NCBI RefSeq assembly: GCF_039877785.1
Contig: NC_092066.1
Span: 5,187,152 to 5,251,151, forward strand
Direction: 5' to 3'
Length of the DNA stretch: 64,000 nucleotides
Origin: Chaetodon trifascialis
Taxonomy: Eukaryota
Shown: positions 38,091 to 46,769 of the stretch, piece after piece
Numbering within the stretch: the first letter of the stretch is position 1
How the letters are laid out: each line of letters begins with the position of its first letter
The notes under the pieces: generated by a model
What the model saw: the letters and a program-made list of their open reading frames with translations, nothing else
What the model was told of the DNA's origin: nothing
Database searches by the model: none
Translations under genes and position numbers: made by a program

Positions 38091-40377
38091 GTATGTACGT
38101 TATTTAAAAATTAAATTTTTTTTGTCGCTCGAAAGGTCAATGTGACATAACGCTACCAGTTAGCTGGTAGCTAGTGTTAGCATTGCAGGCATAGATTGAG
38201 TCGATGTACCAGTAAGTTACGTGTGCGTGATCTCCGTACAGGAAATTACAGTAAAAACAAGTGTGCCAGTAACGCGATTACACCTAGAAAATGCCCAAAT
38301 GTTTTGTTAAATCGTTATCGAAAAAAAGTTATTAATGTTTGCAATGCAGTCCTGTTTTGTAAGCATGTACAGTACGCATGCGCAGCGCTCTGGTTGTCAT
38401 GCTCTGTGTGCAGACAACCGATTGAATTCAATACACTGTGTTTGCATACATATTAAAATGGCACAATCGTTATTCTGTATTAGTAGAATTAGGGTAAATA
38501 TAACCCAGACTGTCTTTTCTCTCATCCGTATTTATAGTAACTGGTCAGTGTCAGATTCTGTGTTTCTTCCGTTCGTGTGTATATTTCTCTATATTGTCCT
38601 GTTTGCAGGAGGGGGATCTGGCTTTGTGGGCCGTGAGCTGAGTCGCCTGCTCAAAGATAAAGGTCATGAAGTTACAGTGATATCTCGACAGCCTGGTCCA
38701 GGAAAGATAACATGGGTATGATCTCAGGTTAACTCAGATTTGCGGTCAGACAGAAGGGCCCAAGGTCATTTCTCATCTTGAGTGACTCCTGAGTCATCAG
38801 CATTTGTATTTATTTTTTAATCTCAAATGTCTGTCGAGTTTGTGAATTCCCCCATTTTGCTGCCTTGCCGGTCACAGTACTTGTCTCCAAATTCAGAGTA
38901 AATTGTATATTCCTGTGCCTCCTCTGTGCTTCTGCAGGGTGAGTTGGAGTCTAACGGGCTTCCACCATGTGAGGGCGCTGTCAACTTAGCTGGAGAGAAC
39001 CTGATGAACCCGCTACGATGGTGAGCAATAAATACATAGTGCCTGAGTGCAGGTACATGCAGCCACAAATGGTCAAAAGTTTGTGGACATTCCTGTTCAA
39101 AATTGTGGTCTTGGGCTGAGGTTTTCATGCCCTTCAACCCAATCAAACACCTTTGGGATGCAATGAAACACTAAAGCAAGCTGGGCCTCACTGCCACCAT
39201 CCGTGACTGACAACGCATGCTCAGTGTGCTTCAATGGAAGCAAATCCCTGCAGCCAGATCAGGCACAGAGTGAGTGTTGCTCTTTTAATGAAGCTGGATT
39301 TTCCCCTGGTCTGTCTTAAATGTGTCTTCAGGTGGAATGAAAGCTACAAAAAGGATCTGTTCTCCAGTCGTATCGACACTACCAAAACTCTCGCTCGAGC
39401 CATTTCTGCTTCCTCGAGTCCTCCTCGCTCCTGGGTCCTGGTTTCAGGTGTAGGTAAGTCTCTGCTTAATGACAAAACTAATAACATTCTGATTTGGCGC
39501 CAGTACAAAGTCAGACCACACAAACTCACAGATAGTAAGAGCAGTGACATCAATTATTGTGTACTTCTTACTTTGTTTTTTGCTGCACAGCTTGTTACAA
39601 GCCCAGTCTGACAGCTCAGTACACAGAAGACAGTGAATGGACTCCATTTGACCTCCTCTCCAGACTTGTGAAGGAGTGGGAGGCCTCTGCACTTCTTCCT
39701 GACGATGTGGCAAAAACCACCAAACAAGTTGTCATCAGGCCTGGTATGTAACAAGTGATTATTTCACTTTAAGTTGAAAATCCTGGCAGTTTGATGCCCA
39801 GTAACCACGGCAAGGACAATAAAATGAAAATGTAGATGTTTCAATAATACTTTTCATCTTTGAATGATTTATCATTCTTATGCACTGAAAACCTTGAGAG
39901 TACTTTATTTTGGTGATCTTACATTCCTACCTCTGTCCACCAGGGGCAGTACTGGGCCGCGATGGTGGTGCCATGAAGCAGATGCTGCTGCCTTTCTGGC
40001 TCGGCCTCGGGGGCACTCTGGGGTCCGGAAGTCAGCCGTTTCCCTGGATCCACGTCTCGGACCTGGCGGGGATCATCGTCCACGCCCTGGAATCCCCCGC
40101 TGCTGCCGACGCTCCCTCCCCTTCACCACAAGTGTTCAACGGCGTCGCGCCTGCTCTGAACACCAACTACGAGTTCACGAAAGAGATGGGCCGGGTCCTG
40201 AGGAGACCCACCATTTTTCCTGTGCCTGGCTTCGTCTTGAACACCTTAATGGGCTCTGAGAGGGCCGTGGTCCTCGTGCAGGGCCAGAATGTCATACCAA
40301 AGAGGACTCAAGAGGCCGGATTTCAGTACAAGTACCCGGACTTGAAATCAGCCCTGAAACAGATTGTTGGCAGTTAA
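38075..40377 (+). CDS. sdr39u1: Epimerase family protein SDR39U1 (NAD-dependent epimerase/dehydratase fold) gene span, 6 coding exons, about 304 aa. Exons: 38075-38090, 38609-38715, 38938-39020, 39332-39453, 39591-39743, 39944-40377.
   Basis: [41 protein letters not shown] matches human MRVLVGGGTGFIGTALTQLLNARGHEVTLVSRKPGPGRITW. AVNLAGENLMNPLRW, WVLVSGVACYKPSLTAQYTEDS, VLGRDGGAMKQMLLPFWLGLGG and SGSQPFPWIHVSDLAGII all match human. The summed exons give an integer 305 codons. Confidence 0.85.
38609..38715 (+). CDS. sdr39u1: sdr39u1 exon 2: Rossmann GxxGxxG motif.
   Basis: Acceptor gtttgcag, donor TGG|GTATGA. Encodes [35 protein letters not shown]. Confidence 0.85.
38938..39020 (+). CDS. sdr39u1: sdr39u1 exon 3.
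   Basis: Acceptor tctgcag, donor ATG|GTGAGC. Encodes GELESNGLPPCEGAVNLAGENLMNPLR(W). Confidence 0.8.
39332..39453 (+). CDS. sdr39u1: sdr39u1 exon 4.
   Basis: Acceptor tcttcag, donor TAG|GTAAGT. Encodes WNESYKKDLFSSRIDTTKTLARAISASSSPPRSWVLVSGV. Confidence 0.8.
39591..39743 (+). CDS. sdr39u1: sdr39u1 exon 5.
   Basis: Acceptor tgctgcacag, donor CCTG|GTATGT. Encodes ACYKPSLTAQYTEDSEWTPFDLLSRLVKEWEASALLPDDVAKTTKQVVIRP. Confidence 0.8.
39944..40377 (+). CDS. sdr39u1: sdr39u1 terminal exon.
   Basis: Acceptor ctctgtccaccag. Encodes GAVLGRDGGAMKQMLLPFWLGLGGTLGSGSQPFPWIHVSDLAGII...QGQNVIPKRTQEAGFQYKYPDLKSALKQIVGS*. Confidence 0.85.
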
Positions 40378-41314
40378 TTGTGTGCTCATATTTACTGCAT
40401 CACAAGAATATAAACAAGTACAACAGCTTAAATCAATACTTGAACAAGAGCAAGATCACCAATGGGAAGACGAAACATTCTGTAAATGCCAGATTTTTCA
40501 GATCTGTGGACTTTTGTCTCTGAGAGTTTGTTCATGCTTACAGGTGTGATGGGATCCCTGCTCTTATTTAAGGTGCGCTGGGATCTGATCGCTCAGGCCG
40601 GATTGCTCAGTACTAAGAGTGAGACAGGGTGACATTGAAGGACTGCAGAGCAGGAAAAACCTGCTCATGTCAAACAAATGGGATAAAGCTTAAAAGTCCA
40701 AATCACAGCAGTCCGCTCTTCATGCAGATGTGTGGGTTTTTCCTGTTCGGCAGCATTTACTCTTTTCAGATGTCTGTCTAATCTGGACAGAAGGGCTGCA
40801 ACTAAGCCTTATTTTCATTATCAATTAGTCTGTAGAACTGTAAAAAATGTTCATCACCGTTTCTTTCAGCCGAAGGTGATGACATGGCAAATGTCTTGTT
40901 TTATCTGACCAACAGTTAAAAAGCTTACATGTAAGACAAGGAAAAGTGGAAATTCTCACATTTGAGAAACTAAAATGTGGTATTTTTGCTTGAAATGAAC
41001 TTACTGCACTTGTTCTTGCCGACTGAGGGGTGTGTTAACTGTAAGACCTGTAGGACAGAGCAGGACATCCTCACACCCCCACTTTTCTATTTTCCCATGT
41101 TTTTAAATGTCATATGACTGTACAAACTGCAGCATGCTTGTTGCAAGAAACAGACTGTGTGGTTGAGGGTGGTGCATAATAAAGCTGGGCAAAGTGCAGA
41201 AAGACATGGTTATGACCTTTTTATTGATGTCATCAGTTGTGAAATGAGTTCCAGTTGTAAATGTTCTGTTGATCTAAAAGCTGATAAGTCTTTGGATGGC
41301 AGTTTAAACTCAGT

Positions 41315-41320
41315 TTTATT
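41315..41320 (-). terminator. mettl17: mettl17 polyadenylation signal (AATAAA on the minus strand), about 65 nt after the stop.
   Basis: Plus strand cagttttatt is minus strand AATAAA. Confidence 0.45.
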
Positions 41321-41383
41321 GTGTTTCCGTTCCTTCAACATAAATGTAAAGAATGAGTCTGTTTCCTCTTCCTCGCTGAATCG

Positions 41384-41477
41384 TCACTCTGAGTCAGTCT
41401 GGACGTCATCGTCGACTTTCTGAATGATTGGCAGCTGATCTCCCCAGTCACTGTTCCGAGCACAGCGGTACACATCT
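41384..41477 (-). CDS. mettl17: mettl17 terminal coding exon. The stop codon is at 41386-41384.
   Basis: Acceptor tcctccaatcag. Encodes [32 protein letters not shown] minus-strand AATAAA lies at 41320-41315. Confidence 0.75.
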
Positions 41478-44400
41478 CTGATTGGAGGAAATCAAACACA
41501 GTTGTCAGTCGTGATCAGACAGCGTAAACAGTACGAATTTAGTCCAGAGTCAGAAATTTAAAAAGCTGCCATTTAAGATCTTGGTGATTTGTAATCTTGC
41601 CAATCTTAGCCTGTTTTCTTTCTGAAATGTTCTTGCACAGCTGCACATTAAGACAACATTTGACATTTCTTCTTCTTTTGTTAAACTGGCGTTGGTGACG
41701 TTGGGTTGGACAGTTCCTGCGCTGCAGGACCTTCACCTGCTGTGCTTTCGTGCTGTCACCACCAGGTGCTGCAGCTGTCCGTCCGGGCAGCACATTCGAC
41801 AGTGGATGTGTCTTTTCCTGCGCTGCACAGGCCCGATCAGCCTGGCCCAGTCCACACCTGCTGTTTCAGCCTGCGGTGACTCTGTCCGGGTCAGAATAAG
41901 GTAGCTGAACTTCTCTGTCTGCAGGTCGTTGTGCTGAAGGGAAATAAGTCGAATCTTTGAATCACTGATTGACTGTTTCTCAGCAGAAATAAATTAGTTT
42001 CATAGAATTACTTTACATGTTTGCTACTGTCTGTCAGTAACCAACGGGACGTTCGGACCCTCAGTAAGGACAAAAATCTTGATTTTTAATTGAATTTGGA
42101 AAAAAAATCTGCGATCGGCTGGCGACCGGTCCAGGGTGTACCCCGCCTCTCGCCCGTTGACAGCCGAGATAGGCTCCGGCCACCCCGCGACCCCGAAAGG
42201 GATAAGCAGCATAGAAAATGGATGGATGGATGGAAAAAAATTATTGTGACTCCTGTTATTTTTCTTTGTCATACTTCTAAATCTAAACATATCAGAACGG
42301 GATATGTATAAGTATGTGTATTATGTCTTGACTGAGTTAAGACCCTGAGAAGAAGTCTGATTTTTGATGCAAACTGCAGCACTAAGGGTTTTAAAGTTAA
42401 ATCTTAATTAATCCATGAGTTATGTGTCAAAGCTGCTGTTAAGTGGGTCAAACTACAATAATTAACGTCCTGTTGTTTTTAGAGCACTGTCGTTCACCTT
42501 TCTCTTTCACCTCCCGCAGCATCTCTCAGCAACAAACTGACTGATTTGACAAAAAAATATGAAGTCACGCTCTACTTATTAGCTTTTTTAGAGCTAATTG
42601 AAAGTTCAGGAATGAACGTTCATGCTTAACTTATTGATGTCTGATTTGCAGGAAGAATGCTGCAGGCAGACATGTAAAACAGAGTTTGACCTTACCCCTG
42701 GCAGAGGCAGAGGTTGGTACCGCTGGTGGAAGTTGCAGGGCGTGGTGGACTCAGTGGCCAGTTTAGGACACATCAGTTCATGAGGACACTAGAAAAACAA
42801 AACAACAGAGAGACGATGTGAGAAAGACGAGACACTGCTGGCTGAAAGCATGACATGACATTTTAAAGCAGCTGGGATTCAAACGCACCGGAGCAAACAC
42901 AGACGCTGGTCTGGTGTCATGGACCGTCTTCTCCTGTTTCTGGAGATAGAGAACAGGAAGTTTTCAGTCTGCTTCCGATAACTGTGTCAAGTAATTTACA
43001 CAACAGCACATAACAAATAGAATACCTTTAACAATGTGTCTCTGGCCTCCATAAGAATCTGATGGCCCTCTTTGGTCCCATTTTCCACCAGCACCTACAC
43101 CAAGAAATGCAGAAAACAGATGTCATGAAATAAAACAGGACTTCTAGATACCAGAAGAGTTTTACATGTATACAGAAAGGTCTAAAGCGTAACATATATT
43201 CTTCATGTATGCACATCATCTATACATGAAGTTTTGCCATTTTTCCAACAAACCAGGTACGAGCTCGTCTTCCTCCACAGGGTGAACACCGCCTCCTCTC
43301 GCTCCTTCGCGTTGGCAAGCTCTGACAGGGTGAAGGCGGCGACCACCACGTCAAACTGCACCTGGAAGCCGAAACACAGGACGGTCAGCGCTCCTTATCC
43401 TTAAGATGTGTGTGAATAAATACAATAATAAATCCATAGACAAGAAAATGTTCCAAACACACAAAGAGGGGATCCTAAGGATGATCTTCATCTGACATGG
43501 TTCTACATGGATTTCCCAGAAATCCCTTTTCAACACAACTGTGAGAGTAGCACTTGTATTTCTGTGTGTTTCTCTTAATGAAATTTGGAAAGAATCTCTT
43601 TAACTCTCTAACACTGGACACAGACTTTGTTTATCTGTTGCTAAATTAAAGATTAAGGGATTTTACCTTAGGAGAGACAGGGAGGAACTGTCTGAAATAC
43701 ACTTGTTTGATGTGAGGTTCAGCTGCTTCGTCATCACCTACTCAACACACAGAAAAAACAACTCTTAGATTTTCTGATAAAACTCAAACAAAACTGTTAC
43801 AAATCAAACCTGACTGAAGTGTTTCTGCGTTCGTACCTTTGAGAAGTCGCTCAGCCAGGATGTTCATCGGCCCGGAGCTGTCCACGCACACCATCTCCTT
43901 CAAAGTGTCGCCCCAGCACGAGTGTGACGCCCTGTGGGAGAAGACTCAATTCAGAGTCTTGTGATTTACATGAAAACTCTCTTTATTCAAACCAGTTTTT
44001 TACACTAACCAGACGACTGTTCCCAGTCCTGAACCAAAATCCAGGAGCGACTGAGGGGCAAAAGAAGGATCTCTCTTCTTTATCTGAAAAGATAAAAAAA
44101 GGACATTTAGGACAGAAAAAGACCCCTGAACACATCATGGGGTAATAATACTCAGTAGTATAGATAGGTCTTTTGTAATTGTCCCTGCTTTAATGTCGGA
44201 GAACTGACTCTTTAAGGACGGCCTTGGTACTGTCTACAGTTAGCCTACAGCCTCCACCACTTGCTCATTACCTCGTTTATAGCTCTCCTCACTGCTGCGA
44301 AGCCCCCAGCCAGCCGAGCCGCCATGTAAACCACACCTGACTCTTCATCATACCTGAAACCCAGAGAGCGAGCTGTATTTAAGATCATCTGTATCTCAGA

Positions 44401-46132
44401 ATCGAGCAGGATAAATCACCAGCTACAAGCTCCAAAATGTAACTGCAGAGAAGAGTTCATGAAACCCTGTCGCCCCATTCTGAGCCTGATACTCTGAGAT
44501 TTTGTGACAGTGAAATGAATCCTTGTATGCGAGAACAGATAAAAGCAAGTGTTACTTCAGAGGAGTCCAGTGATAGGTGTTTCTTCTGAGCTCTGAAAGC
44601 ACCTTCTTCCTGATGCGATCCTGAAGCACTTGTACGTCTACATCTGCAACACAAGGTGAATTTAGTTTGCTGCTGCATCTTATCATCTCCAAAGATTTAG
44701 GTTTATTTGTCATATGCACAGCAATTACAGTGAAGCAGCTGCTGGCAATTAAATTCTTGTTCTTAGGCTTCCTTTAACAAAGAAATTCATCCAAGTAAAA
44801 TTAGAGATGAGAATAGACATAAATTGTGCAATAGTTACAATTTAAAATTAAAAACATATCAATTAAAATATTATATAAAATATCATACTGGTGCACAGTA
44901 GGGATGAACAGGTGATGCACAGGAAAATACATATTGTGACGGTTTAATAGGTTGTAAGCAGCAGTGAAACAAATGGAAATATTCTTTGCAGTCATGACAG
45001 ACATCCATGTGTCACCCACCTCCACTGCTTTCCATTGCTTTCTCCCAGAGTTGCTTCTCCAGGCTCACAGCTTTCTGCCTCAGAGTAAAATCATCGACTG
45101 CTCGCTTTCTGCTCCACAGGAAGTTTGTGAGGGCCTGAATGCGGCCAGTCATCCGATTCACCTGAGCGCCTGCAAGTGGAGAAAATGAACAATCGCACAG
45201 CATTTTGACTCATTTCAAGACCAGCAAAGACACCGACTGATGACCACATTAAAAATTTAACACACTGAGAATGATCGAGCGTGCAGCCGTCTGGAGCTCC
45301 ACAGGTAGGTGCAGCGTTTTCAGGTTGGTCACACCTGGGTGCTTCCTGTGGACTTCTCCTTTCAGGAAATCCACCTGGGACTGTGGGTGTGCAACAGCAC
45401 TCATTCCCTGAGGATGAAAAATAAAAACAAATGTTTCTTTACAACTTCTTTGAGCTTCAGCTATTTAACAGTAACTAATCTCATTCTGGTGGTTTTAGAT
45501 TCAACTAAAATAATAAACAGACAAAAAATACCATTGGACAGTTTGAAAAACAAGATTTTTGCATTCAACTTTAGTCTGTAGGCTGTCAAAGCATATCTTA
45601 TATTCATATTCATTTATGTCCTCTCTGATTAGCTCACAGTCTGAACTTGTGCTGATAGATTTAAGGCAATTTTACCTCTACAATTTTTGAGTTTTGAAAA
45701 TGCAGTTACAGGAAATTCACAGTCATGGTATATATTCCTATTACCATATATAATACCTGCAAGCATATACATATTGTGATTTAATTGTGATTAAAAGACT
45801 TCATCTGTATTAACCACCCCTTTAATTCGCAGCTTGTCGGGGTTGCAGAATATATTTCCCAGTGAAAAACTACGTGTTAGTTACAAGTAAGTTCACAGGA
45901 GAAATGTGCTAAATTAATTGACATGAATACTAAATTTACAGCTATATCAGCTTTTCTCTATTAAACTAACTAAACTATACTCAATTTGCTCTTTTAACAG
46001 CCTGTCTGTCTGACCTCCATGGTAAAGATGCTGCGTTCAATGACAGTCACAGACTGGGCTCACCGTGCACATCATCCTCACGATGGACGCCCTCTGACAG
46101 AGGACACAAGCTCCATAAGTCCGTAACGCCAT
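41384..46132 (-). CDS. mettl17: Methyltransferase-like protein 17, mitochondrial (Rsm22-family SAM-dependent methyltransferase) gene span, 14 coding exons, about 437 aa. Exons on the minus strand: 46064-46132, 45335-45407, 45020-45169, 44556-44643, 44272-44353, 44010-44083, 43837-43931, 43667-43737, 43254-43361, 43026-43094, 42889-42939, 42696-42788, 41737-41933, 41384-41477.
   Basis: Colinear with human METTL17: [30 protein letters not shown] versus [30 protein letters not shown]; [37 protein letters not shown] versus [38 protein letters not shown]; SAM motif [14 protein letters not shown] versus LMDFGSGTGSVTW; [19 protein letters not shown]; [17 protein letters not shown] (identical); [19 protein letters not shown]; [10 protein letters not shown]; [41 protein letters not shown]. 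The N-terminus [23 protein letters not shown] is presequence-like. The summed exons give an integer 438 codons. Confidence 0.8.
41737..41933 (-). CDS. mettl17: mettl17 exon 13.
   Basis: Acceptor tttcccttcag, donor CAGCAG|GTGAAG. Encodes [65 protein letters not shown]. Confidence 0.8.
42100..42240 (+). mobile_element. Partial copy (5' region, opposite orientation) of the same SINE family, in mettl17 intron 12.
   Basis: ctgcgatcggctggcgaccggtccagggtgtaccccgcct...ccgaaagggataagcagcatagaaaatggatgg is the near-exact reverse complement of 57481-57600. Confidence 0.6.
42696..42788 (-). CDS. mettl17: mettl17 exon 12.
   Basis: Acceptor ttgtttttctag, donor AGGG|GTAAGG. Encodes [31 protein letters not shown]. 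Confidence 0.75.
42889..42939 (-). CDS. mettl17: mettl17 exon 11.
   Basis: Acceptor ctctatctccag, donor TCCG|GTGCGT. Encodes [17 protein letters not shown], matching human GKEKSPLDPRPGFVFAP. Confidence 0.75.
43026..43094 (-). CDS. mettl17: mettl17 exon 10.
   Basis: Acceptor ttcttggtgtag, donor AAAG|GTATTC. Encodes [23 protein letters not shown]. Confidence 0.8.
43254..43361 (-). CDS. mettl17: mettl17 exon 9.
   Basis: Acceptor cggcttccag, donor CCTG|GTTTGT. Encodes [36 protein letters not shown]. Confidence 0.8.
43667..43737 (-). CDS. mettl17: mettl17 exon 8.
   Basis: Acceptor gtgttgagtag, donor TAAG|GTAAAA. Encodes [24 protein letters not shown]. Confidence 0.75.
43837..43931 (-). CDS. mettl17: mettl17 exon 7.
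   Basis: Acceptor tcttctcccacag, donor AAAG|GTACGA. Encodes [31 protein letters not shown]. Confidence 0.8.
44010..44083 (-). CDS. mettl17: mettl17 exon 6: SAM-binding motif I.
   Basis: Acceptor tttttatcttttcag, donor TCTG|GTTAGT. Encodes [24 protein letters not shown](W). Confidence 0.8.
44272..44353 (-). CDS. mettl17: mettl17 exon 5.
   Basis: Acceptor ctgggtttcag, donor GAG|GTAATG. Encodes [27 protein letters not shown]. Confidence 0.8.
44556..44643 (-). CDS. mettl17: mettl17 exon 4.
   Basis: Acceptor tgtgttgcag, donor CTGAA|GTAACA. Encodes [29 protein letters not shown](K). Confidence 0.75.
45020..45169 (-). CDS. mettl17: mettl17 exon 3.
   Basis: Acceptor ccacttgcag, donor GGAG|GTGGGT. 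Encodes [49 protein letters not shown]. Confidence 0.75.
45335..45407 (-). CDS. mettl17: mettl17 exon 2.
   Basis: Acceptor tttttcatcctcag, donor CCAG|GTGTGA. Encodes [24 protein letters not shown](G), matching human FLQKRPHRQHPG. Confidence 0.7.
46064..46132 (-). CDS. mettl17: mettl17 coding exon 1: putative mitochondrial targeting peptide.
   Basis: ATG at 46132-46130, donor ACG|GTGAGC. Encodes [23 protein letters not shown], which is Arg-rich with no acidic residues. Confidence 0.6.
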
Positions 46133-46531
46133 ATCTTCGGTGGCTTCTTGTGTTCAAACGGCTTTAATATTAACTTTGACTTCCATCCACACCTCGGTGA
46201 GGACGAAGGCACGTTCGTATAGTTTAACAATCCTTCAACAAAATAATTCCGACTATTGGTTAGTGCGGAACCTTTATTCCATGGTTTTGTTCCACATGAA
46301 AGAAAGCACAGACAGGAGTGCTCACTCTGCCTTCGTTTCCGGTGTTGTGTCCGGGTACAAGCCGAGAATACCTCTTGAGAATATAAATTTGGCATAGTGT
46401 GGACAAAATTACGTCTAAACGCAAAGTTTTAAAATTAAAGCTAACTTTTGAAATTTATTACAGGTTTGCACAAAAATCGTTTCTATGGTAACGGAAAAAA
46501 GTCTTCACGCTTTCGATGCGCATGCGCTAGG

Positions 46532-46565
<34 letters not shown>

Positions 46566-46696
46566 GGCTGCGTGATTCATCCTCGTTTTGAGCGACACCG
46601 GCCAGGAAATTGTGGAGGGGAAAGTTTTTCCGCCTTCTTTGTTGTCACTGTGTCCCTTTTATTTCTGTATTTATCTGGTTCTTTTCATAAACCGCC
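46133..46696. promoter_or_regulatory. Putative bidirectional promoter between the head-to-head mettl17 (-) and parp2 (+) genes. It contains a perfect NRF1 palindrome GCGCATGCGC at 46518-46527 and a T28 run at 46535-46562.
   Basis: The mettl17 ATG is at 46132 and the parp2 ATG at 46697, with no intervening ORF. tgcgcatgcgct matches the NRF-1 consensus YGCGCAYGCGCR. The homopolymer T run lies immediately downstream. Confidence 0.55.
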
Positions 46697-46769
46697 ATGA
46701 GACGCACAAGAAGTTCGAGAAATAAAAATCAGAGTGCACAAGAAAATGAAGAAGTCCAGTCGAAAACAG
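46697..46769 (+). CDS. parp2: parp2 exon 1.
   Basis: ATG at 46697, donor ACAG|GTTGGT. Encodes the basic N-terminus [24 protein letters not shown](G/V). Confidence 0.75.

Noticed and set aside
45012-45203. 63-aa ORF that reads through the mettl17 exon 3 donor.
   Set aside because: It is the exon 3 frame continuing into intron. Splicing at GGAG|GTGGGT is required for colinearity with METTL17.
46133-46500. Possible RNase P RNA gene (RPPH1) upstream of parp2. In human, RPPH1 shares the PARP2 bidirectional promoter.
   Set aside because: I could not find the conserved CR-I (GNAANNUC) or CR-V (ACNNNAUNCNGANUA) blocks or a P4 pairing on either strand. The interval is better explained as the mettl17 5' end and promoter, since mettl17 rather than ccnb1ip1/rpph1 is the divergent neighbour here. 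A covariance-model search (Rfam RNaseP_nuc) would settle it.
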